Below are positions 55,042-62,133 of a stretch of DNA of 64,000 nt, in pieces. Both the position numbers and the translations under genes were made by a program. The notes below the pieces were generated by a model. It did no database searches. It saw nothing but the letters and a program-made list of their open reading frames with translations, and had not been told where the DNA came from. Within the stretch, counting starts at the first letter, position 1; each line of letters opens with the position of its first letter. This DNA is from Candidatus Kutchimonas denitrificans (GTDB lineage: Bacteria > Gemmatimonadota > Gemmatimonadetes > Palauibacterales > KS3-K002): the NCBI GenBank assembly GCA_011774835.1, contig JAACAK010000049.1, positions 14,114 to 78,113 of the forward strand, given 5' to 3'.

Positions 55042-56394
55042 GTGATAGACGGCACGGATAGACTGACACAATCGAGTGCGAGGATCCGACCATCCCGGGA
55101 AGCCGGGTTCGTGGTCCCGCTCGTGCTGCTGGCCCTGGTCATCCTGAACATCCTGGCGGTGGGCGCGCTGTTGACGGCGGGCGATGAGTTCGACGCATCG
55201 CGGGCCATGTACGAGTCGTCGAGCGCGTTCTACGCGGCGGAAGCCGGACTGCAGAAGATCTTCGCCGAAGCGGACAGCAACGTGAAGGTTCAGCTGGACG
55301 GCCTGGCGGCCGGAGACAGCCTGGACCTCGGCTGGCAGACGCTGGCGGGGGGCATGAGCTATCGCGGCTTGATCTACCGGTGGGACGACGACGGGCCGCC
55401 GCAGTACGAGCTGGTCGTGGAGGGCCGGGGCGCCGGTCCGCGGGGCGGCAAGCGGACGCTGAGCTTCGCCATGACGTCCGGCCCCAAGAGCGGCTACCGC
55501 CTGGGTCAGTGCTGCGACGCGGCGGCGACGGTCCGCGGCATAGTGGATATCAACGATGCATCGTCGATCAGCGGCTTCGACCAGCACCCGCCGGGCTGGG
55601 AGACGACGGACGCCTGCAACGCGGAGGGCGAGGACCGGGCGGGCCTCATCCATCAGGACACCACGCTGCTGAATAGGGAAGACAGCGAGTCGATCATCGA
55701 GGGCGATCCGTCAATAATCGAGGATCCAACCCTCAACGATTCGAGCTTCAACTGGTTCAACGGGCTCACCTGGGACTCGCTGAAGGCGAGCGCGCAGTTC
55801 TCGATCGGGACACCCGGCACGGCAACGAAGCTGGACCCCAGTCAAGTGTACCCTCGCTACACGATCGACATGACGACGGGCGAGACCATCTGCGACACCA
55901 GCCACCCGCTCAACTGGGGCTCGAAGGATCCCAACGATCCCTGCTTCGACCACTTCCCGCTGATCGTGACCTACGGTGACCTGGACCTCGAGGGCGGCAT
56001 GTACGGCCAGGCCATCCTGCTGGCCGACACGGCGACCTTCGTGAACGAATACGGCGAGACCATCACCGGCGGCAGCGAGATCGACATCGAGGAAGGCACC
56101 GAGCTGAACGGCGTCATCCTCGGTCGCGGCTGCGTCGAGATCCAGGAGAATGCCGTCTTCCACGGCGGCATCTTCGTCGACGGGAACTACTGGACCGGCG
56201 GCTACCCGGGGATGGGCAGCCTCCTCTGCGAACCCGACGCACCGCTGGACGTGAACCGCGGCAGCACGGCCCAATACAGCCAGTGCGCCGTCGATCGGGC
56301 GATCCTCGCCGCCGGCCTCGAGGATTTTGGCCAGGTGACGAACAAGGGTGGCCTGCAGCTCCTCAAGTTCCACGCCTTCCGAGAGGGCATGTAG
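55042..56394 (+). CDS. PilX-N-domain-like (pseudopilin-like) secreted/membrane-anchored protein
   Basis: Track ORF 54982..56394, whose start lies inside the sigma-54 promoter. Trimmed to GTG 55042 (GGAGG 5 nt upstream). N-terminus ..REAGFVVPLVLLALVILNILAVGALLTAGDEFDASRAMYESSSAFYAAEAGLQ is PilX_N-like. Confidence 0.7.
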   Translation: MIDGTDRLTQSSARIRPSREAGFVVPLVLLALVILNILAVGALLTAGDEFDASRAMYESSSAFYAAEAGLQKIFAEADSNVKVQLDGLAAGDSLDLGWQTLAGGMSYRGLIYRWDDDGPPQYELVVEGRGAGPRGGKRTLSFAMTSGPKSGYRLGQCCDAAATVRGIVDINDASSISGFDQHPPGWETTDACNAEGEDRAGLIHQDTTLLNREDSESIIEGDPSIIEDPTLNDSSFNWFNGLTWDSLKASAQFSIGTPGTATKLDPSQVYPRYTIDMTTGETICDTSHPLNWGSKDPNDPCFDHFPLIVTYGDLDLEGGMYGQAILLADTATFVNEYGETITGGSEIDIEEGTELNGVILGRGCVEIQENAVFHGGIFVDGNYWTGGYPGMGSLLCEPDAPLDVNRGSTAQYSQCAVDRAILAAGLEDFGQVTNKGGLQLLKFHAFREGM

Positions 56395-56408
56395 CGCGAA
56401 GCGGGGTC

Positions 56409-56433
56409 GAGCGGGGCGCACCGAGCCCCGCTC
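56409..56433. terminator. GC-rich hairpin between convergent genes (no U-tract)
   Basis: GAGCGGGGC-gcaccga-GCCCCGCTC, 15 nt after the PilX-like stop. Confidence 0.4.
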
Positions 56434-56482
56434 ACCTCGCCCCAGTCGCCGTCCTAACCTCTGCGGAAGCCCTCAAGCGAGA

Positions 56483-59107
56483 TCAACCCCAGCCCGACTC
56501 CACGAGAGCCAGTATTGTTAGCGCGGTCGACCACGCCTGGTCGGCGGTCACGCCGATGCTGCGGGGCTCGTCGCCGTGAAGGACCTCGGGCCAGGCGCCC
56601 AGCGAGTGGATCCTGTACAGCCCCGCCAGCCCCTCGGCGTGGCGCCCGGCCGATTCGGCCCGAGCCGCCCGGGCCTCGGCCAGGCTCACCCACCCGGTGA
56701 ACAGCGGCCAGATCGAGCCGCCATGGTAGGCATCGGGCCGATAGTCGGGATCGGAGCGGGGGAGCAGCCGCACGCCCCAGGGCGCCGTGAAGTCGTCCGA
56801 CGCGACCCGGTCGAGCCACGACTCGCAGCGTTCCGCCCGTACCGCGCCCAGCAGCAAGGGAACCGCGGTCATCGCGGTCTCGGCCGTGTTGAGCGACCCG
56901 TCGGCTCTGCGTCCGTGCGCGTAACGGCCGGCGATGGGGTCGAAGAAGGAGAGCTCCAGGCTGGCCCGTGCGGCGGCCGCCCGGTAAGCGATCTCGCCGG
57001 CGAGCTCGGCGTGACCGAGGGACCGGGCGGCCGTCTCGAGCTCGCTCAGCGCCGCCGTCCACACGCCCGCCAGGTAGAGCGAAACGTGGTGGCCGCCAAG
57101 GCGGCCGAACTCGATCCAGCCGTGACCGACCCCGGTGTTCTCGATCAGCCCGTCGCCGTCGCTGTCGGTGGTGAGGCAAAACCGGTAGGCCTTCACGATC
57201 CGCGGCCACTCACGATCGAGGGTCTCCCGGTCACCCGTGGCCAGCAGATAGCGAGCGGCCAAAAGCAAATAGAGCGGGGTGGAATCGGCCGCATCGTAGT
57301 GCACCACGCCGCTGGTCGTGCATTCGTGGGGGATCTGGCCCGTCAGGTCCTGGTGGCGACCGAGGAACTCGAGGACCTCCCGAACCGCGTCGGCCTGGCC
57401 GACGGCCAAACATGCGAGCGCCGTCCAGCAGGCATCCCGTCCGAAGTACCAGCCGTAACCGGGCCGCCCATCGCCGAAGGCGCCCGGCCCCGATCTTCCA
57501 TATCCGGCGACCAGCGACGTGCCGACTCCCGGAACCGTGACACGATAGGTGGACAATCGCCACTTCGCCCACTCCAGCGCCGCCGCCACCTCCGGATCAC
57601 CCTTCACCGGTCCGGCCCGCGCCTCGCGCTGCAGGCGCCGCGCCTCCAACCGTTCCGCCCTCCAGGCCGCCGCCGCTGCCCGCGACGCGGGAAGCTCTTC
57701 GGCCCTGGTCGAAGCCAGCAACAGAAAACGGACCGGACCGGAAATCTCCAGCTCGGCCTCCAGCCGGACCCGGCTCCGGCCACTGTCCGAAGCGTCCACG
57801 ACCCTCAGCTCCGCCGGTGCCGGGTCGATCCGCAGCCCCAGCCACTCGCCGGTCTCCGCCTGCACCCCCACCGCGCCATCCGCCAGCCGGTACGACAACC
57901 GCCCGGTCGCCTCTGGCGGATACGGCCACATCGGACGCAGGTCCCCCTCGGTGCTCCAGGCGACCCGCACCGCCCCATCGGTGGGCGCCAACTCGAGAAG
58001 CAAGGCCGGCTGGGACGGCGCTACGGTCGTGCGCTCCACGAGCCCTCGACCATCGACGGTCATCTTGCGGGTGATCACGCCTGGCTCGATGCGGAACCAC
58101 GTCGCCACAACATCGTTGCGGTCCCTCCCCTGCAGCCGCCAGCGGCTGACGGCCCGGAACGGATGGAACCACACCTCCTCCGGTCCGCTCCGCTCCGACC
58201 CGGCCAGCAGGGCACGGGCGCCCGCCAGAGTGAATTCCACGTCGGAGGCCGCACGCTCCAGCGCCAGCTCGCCTTCATCCGTCTCGAACGCGTCGCCCGG
58301 CTCGAGCTCCGGCGGAAGCGGCACCGCGCTGTCGGGCTCCAGGCCAGCCACGGGGCGACGCCACGCGCCGCCCAGCAATCGGGCCCGGCCCCCGTTCGGC
58401 GCGACGCGGTAGAGCGCGTTCGAGATCAGACACTCGAGGTGGGGCCGATAGCGGGATGAGCGGGCACCGAAGTTGACGTAGCCGCCGATGCACAGCGCCC
58501 AACCGTCGCCGACCATGTACTCCCAGGCCAGCCGCCGCTCCGGGTTCATCGAGATGTACGAGCGCTCGACCGCGATGACCCGGCCCCGCAGCGGCCAGAC
58601 TTCATCCGCATAGCCCCAACGGACGAAGCGCTCGCCCGCCTTCGGCGACCAGAGATAGACCCCGCTGCCCAGACCCTCGAACAGCGGATGGCCCCGGAAG
58701 CTCTGCAGTCCCCGAATCCGATGGACCTGGCTGAAGCTCTCCGCCGCCTCGTCCGCGGCGTCCGGGCTCCAGGGCCCCTCGTGCTTGTCGTTCGGCCCGA
58801 TCTCCTCCCAGCCCAGCGCGACGGGCAAGCCCGCCGCGGCCAGCGTGGCCAGCGCTCCACCGCCGGCCCGGACGTGGGCGTCCAGCGCCAGCCGGATCGA
58901 ATCCCGCAGCCGCGGCGGCTCGACCCAGTGGAACCAGACCACGGCCTCCGGACCCTCCAACGCCTGGGGGAGATCGGACAACGGAACGCAGCGCACATCG
59001 AACGACGTCTGCTCTTCCAGCCAGACCCGAGCGGCCGACGTCTCCCGGGACGCGCCGGCGTCCGGCAGGACGAAGAGGATCTTCAGGCTCTCCCGCATAC
59101 GCTCCAC
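56483..59107 (-). CDS. Amylo-alpha-1,6-glucosidase/glycogen-debranching-enzyme-like (GDE_C) protein with an N-terminal ThuA/GATase1-like region
   Basis: VAGYGRSGPGAFGDGRPGYGWYFGRDACW, GQIPHE, DSTPLYLLLAARY, DGDGLIEN, YHGGSIWPLFTGW, ADQAWSTA. Confidence 0.82.
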   Translation of the reverse strand: MERMRESLKILFVLPDAGASRETSAARVWLEEQTSFDVRCVPLSDLPQALEGPEAVVWFHWVEPPRLRDSIRLALDAHVRAGGGALATLAAAGLPVALGWEEIGPNDKHEGPWSPDAADEAAESFSQVHRIRGLQSFRGHPLFEGLGSGVYLWSPKAGERFVRWGYADEVWPLRGRVIAVERSYISMNPERRLAWEYMVGDGWALCIGGYVNFGARSSRYRPHLECLISNALYRVAPNGGRARLLGGAWRRPVAGLEPDSAVPLPPELEPGDAFETDEGELALERAASDVEFTLAGARALLAGSERSGPEEVWFHPFRAVSRWRLQGRDRNDVVATWFRIEPGVITRKMTVDGRGLVERTTVAPSQPALLLELAPTDGAVRVAWSTEGDLRPMWPYPPEATGRLSYRLADGAVGVQAETGEWLGLRIDPAPAELRVVDASDSGRSRVRLEAELEISGPVRFLLLASTRAEELPASRAAAAAWRAERLEARRLQREARAGPVKGDPEVAAALEWAKWRLSTYRVTVPGVGTSLVAGYGRSGPGAFGDGRPGYGWYFGRDACWTALACLAVGQADAVREVLEFLGRHQDLTGQIPHECTTSGVVHYDAADSTPLYLLLAARYLLATGDRETLDREWPRIVKAYRFCLTTDSDGDGLIENTGVGHGWIEFGRLGGHHVSLYLAGVWTAALSELETAARSLGHAELAGEIAYRAAAARASLELSFFDPIAGRYAHGRRADGSLNTAETAMTAVPLLLGAVRAERCESWLDRVASDDFTAPWGVRLLPRSDPDYRPDAYHGGSIWPLFTGWVSLAEARAARAESAGRHAEGLAGLYRIHSLGAWPEVLHGDEPRSIGVTADQAWSTALTILALVESGWG

Positions 59108-59444
59108 CCGTGTGGCCTTAGGTCATCTCATCTCATTATACCGCCGCAGGGCCCGGCGCGCCGCAGGGATAGGGTGGGACCACGACAGACACCGGGGCCG
59201 GCGTCGGCGCTGACGGCCAGCGTAACAAAACTGTTACCGGCATGTCTTTCGACCAAATCTCGCGAGCCAGCACGCGGGATCACGTATCGAAGTGATTGTC
59301 CGACAACAGGATCGGGCCGAACCAACCCGATGGTCCAGACCGAATTTCGCCGTAATCTTCGTACCGCCACTAGGGAGCCGCTCGCCCTCGCTTACGGGTG
59401 GGGATCGGCCCGACTACATTCGTGACCCGATGGCAAGGAGGTCA

Positions 59445-59963
59445 ATGACAGTGACAGCCGTTACCGTTCTTGGCGTCGGCAACGTCATCCTCGGCGACGA
59501 CGCCTTCGGCCCCCAGGTCGTTCGCCGGTTGCAGGCGTTCTACCGGTTCGACCCCGGGGTCGCTCTGGTCGACACGACGGCCACGCGTCTCGAAGTCAGC
59601 CCCGGGCGCACGCGCTGATCCTGGTCAAGACCCTCGAGGCGGAAGGCGAGCCCGGCGAGCTGCGCCTCTTCCGTCCAGAGGAGCTGTTCGACCCACCCGA
59701 GCAGCCGGGCCGGGTCTTGGGCGAGAGCGTTGTCGCCTTCTTCGAGTACAGCGAGCTCGCGATGTCGGAATTGCTCGTCGTGGGTGTCATACCCCGGACA
59801 ACTCGAAGGCAGTTCGGGATGAGCGCGGAAATCCGCGCCGCCGTGCCGCGCGCCGCGGACCAGGTCCGTGCTCGAGCTCCTGCGCCTCGGTTTCCCGCCC
59901 CGCCGTTCGTGGACCCTATCGGCTCCAGAGTTCTCCCAGGACCAGCTCGGTGGCGGCAGCTAG
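59445..59963 (+). pseudogene. Hydrogenase maturation protease (HyaD/HybD/HoxM family) pseudogene with two compensating frameshifts
   Basis: AAGGAGG + ATG 59445: MTVTAVTVLGVGNVILGDDAFGPQVV.. runs to TGA 59616. Continues in the -1 frame (..HALILVKTLEAEGEPGELRLF..LLVVGVIPRTT..FGMSAEIRAAVPRAADQV), then returns to the first frame at about 59868 (VLELLRLGFPP..*). Confidence 0.65.
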
Positions 59964-60041
59964 AACCCTCACTCCAGACATGAGAATACCTGGCACCACC
60001 AACGGGTGAATGCCAGGTATCGCCGTGAAAAAGGTCCGCCG

Positions 60042-60551
60042 TCAGTGACGGGAGTAGACTTGCGTCCGGCCCTCTTCGTCGAACGTCAGGACGTTGTACC
60101 GGTCCTTCCGACCGCTCGGACTCTCCATCCCCGGTGAACCCGCCGGCATCCCCGGCACCGTCAGCCCCACGAAGTCCGGCCTCTCTTCGAGAAGCCGCCG
60201 GATGTCAGCCGCCGGCACGTGCCCTTCGATCACGTAGCCATCGACCAGCGCCGTATGGCACCCGGCGAGCTCCTCGTCCAGGCCGTAGCGCTGCTTCGTA
60301 CCCCTCAGCTCGGCCGAGCTGACGTCCACCGGGTCGACCGTGAACCCCTCGCTGCGCAGGTGACCCACCCACGCCTCGCAACAGCCTCAAGTCGGTGTCT
60401 TGTAGACCGTCACCACAGGACCGCTATCCAGGTTCGCGTCCGGCGCCCCTTCCCCTCCCAACAGCAGGGCCCCGGCGACCACGCCGACACCCACCAGGGC
60501 ACCGGCGGCCAGGATCGCTTTCAGTTCCTTTCCCACTCGTCGCACCTCCAT
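60042..60551 (-). CDS. CopG/DUF411-family metal-binding protein interrupted by one in-frame TGA at the first Cys of CxCC (candidate selenoprotein, or nonsense pseudogene)
   Basis: ATG 60551 (or GTG 60536 with GGAGG upstream) ..AILAAGALVGVGVVAGALLL..PVVTVYKTPT-TGA(60389-60387)-GCCEAWVGHLRSEGF..CHTALVDGYVIEGHVPAADIRRLL..GLTVPGMPAGSPGME.. 510 nt in one frame with no other stop. Confidence 0.6.
60353..60380 (-). other. SECIS-like hairpin 6 nt downstream of the in-frame UGA
   Basis: UGCGAGG-CGUGGGUGGGUCA-CCUGCGCA forms a 7-bp stem with one bulged G, extendable by G-C/G-U pairs. The G-rich apical loop starts 17 nt after the UGA. Confidence 0.4.
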
Positions 60552-60710
60552 ATGCGCGGCTGATCGTCGATCTCGTTTCGGCGAATCTCGAGGGCACGGC
60601 CAGTGGATGCAAGCGGCCCTTGCCGAAGAAAACCCGAAACCCTATACTGGATCCTCGGCGACCCGGCCTGGCGCCGCTCGCCCGAGCCTGACAGCCGGCC
60701 AAGGAGGCGC

Positions 60711-61766
60711 ATGATCAGCTTGCCCGTTCGCGGCCGCGGGGCCTCCCACAACCCCGCCAACCGCTTCGAACCCATAGAGATCGTTCGTGACCGCTGGGAG
60801 GATCCCGAGGACCCGGCGCCCCGGACCCAGCTGTTCTGGGATACGAGCCGGACGATCATAGCGCGCAACGCGAGCCCCGACGTGGGGTTCGAAACCAGCG
60901 TGAACCCCTATCGCGGCTGCGAGCACGGGTGTGTCTACTGCTACGCCCGGCCGTACCACGAGTACCTCGGTCTGTCGGCGGGCCTGGATTTCGAGACGAA
61001 GATCTTCGTCAAAGAGGACGCGCCTCGGCTGCTCCGCGAAGCGCTGATGAAGCCGAGCTGGACGCCGCAGACGCTGGCGCTCTCCGGCGTCACCGATCCC
61101 TACCAGCCGGCGGAGCGACGACTCCAGATCACCCGCGGCTGCCTGGAAGTGCTGGCCGACTTCCGAAACCCGACCGCGGTGGTGACCAAGAACCACCTGG
61201 TCACCCGGGACATCGATCATCTGGGGGAACTGGCTCGGTTCGGCGCAGCGGCGGTGACGATATCGATCACCACGCTGGACGACGATCTGCAGCGGCGGAT
61301 GGAGCCCCGGGCCTCGAGTCCCGCTCGACGACTCGACGTCATCGCCCGGCTGAGCACCGCCGGCATTCCCGTCGGCGTCAACCTGGCCCCGGTCGTGCCG
61401 GGCCTCACCGACCACGAGCTACCTCGCATCCTGGAGGCCGCCGCCGAAGCCGGTGCCAGGCGGGCCGGTTATCTGCTCCTGCGTCTGCCTTACGGCGTGA
61501 AGGACCTCTTCCAGAGCTGGCTCGAGGGGCACTTTCCCGACCGCAAGGAGAAGGTGCTGGCGCGTCTCCGGTCGCTCCGCGGCGGCCGGCTCAACGACCC
61601 GCGGTTTGGAAAGCGGCATCGGGGCGAGGGTCCCTTCGCCGCTCAGATCGCCAACCTCTTCCGCATCACCTGTCGTCGGCTGGGCCTGAACCGCGAGCCG
61701 CTTCACCTGTCCGCCGAATCCTTTCGACGGCGCCCGCGCGGGGTGCAGTTGCGGCTGTTCGACTGA
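60711..61766 (+). CDS. PA0069-family radical SAM protein
   Basis: Trimmed to ATG 60711 (AAGGAGG upstream). RGRGASHNPANRFE N-terminus and CEHGCVYCYARPYH (CX3CX2C) cluster motif. Confidence 0.88.
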   Translation: MISLPVRGRGASHNPANRFEPIEIVRDRWEDPEDPAPRTQLFWDTSRTIIARNASPDVGFETSVNPYRGCEHGCVYCYARPYHEYLGLSAGLDFETKIFVKEDAPRLLREALMKPSWTPQTLALSGVTDPYQPAERRLQITRGCLEVLADFRNPTAVVTKNHLVTRDIDHLGELARFGAAAVTISITTLDDDLQRRMEPRASSPARRLDVIARLSTAGIPVGVNLAPVVPGLTDHELPRILEAAAEAGARRAGYLLLRLPYGVKDLFQSWLEGHFPDRKEKVLARLRSLRGGRLNDPRFGKRHRGEGPFAAQIANLFRITCRRLGLNREPLHLSAESFRRRPRGVQLRLFD

Positions 61767-62133
61767 CCGCCTGGCCTCGAACGCCCCAAACTGTGCCGCC
61801 GGGCCCGCCATGTGGTCCCGCGGCCGCGGGCCGGGGGCGGGTCGACAGGCGGAATCGGTAAACATATGGCGGAAAGGGTCCGAAGCTTCGGAACACAAGT
61901 CGTTGTCGGACAACAAACTGGATGCTCAGCGCCCGGACCGTTCCTAAAACGACCTCCCGAAGAAATAGTTCGGTCGGGAACCCTCTTCGGGCATGCCCAT
62001 TGCCCCAAGGGAAGGGTGCGGGCCCGGGACGCCCGTCACGAGGTCCGCCACAACTCCAACGCATCGAGGGCCGAGAGCGCGCGCGCCTCCAGAGGTCAAA
62101 AGCCCACTCAGAGCGTCCGCTCTCGGTCCCTCG

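Noticed and set aside
60387-60389. In-frame TGA explained by an alternative genetic code (UGA read as Trp or Gly).
   Set aside because: Many well-supported genes in this window terminate at TGA exactly where homologues end (for example 1320-1322, 2582-2584, 9515-9517, and the pst gene junctions). UGA is therefore a normal stop in this genome.
61767-62133. A 367-nt convergent intergenic region with lower GC and several perfect small palindromes (TCCGAAGCTTCGGA, TTGTCGGACAA, CCCGCGGCCGCGGG), considered as an ncRNA gene.
   Set aside because: I could not match it to RNase P, SRP, tmRNA, 6S or any riboswitch core I know. The palindromes are equally consistent with bidirectional terminator hairpins. 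It remains worth an Infernal/Rfam scan, but I cannot support a call.
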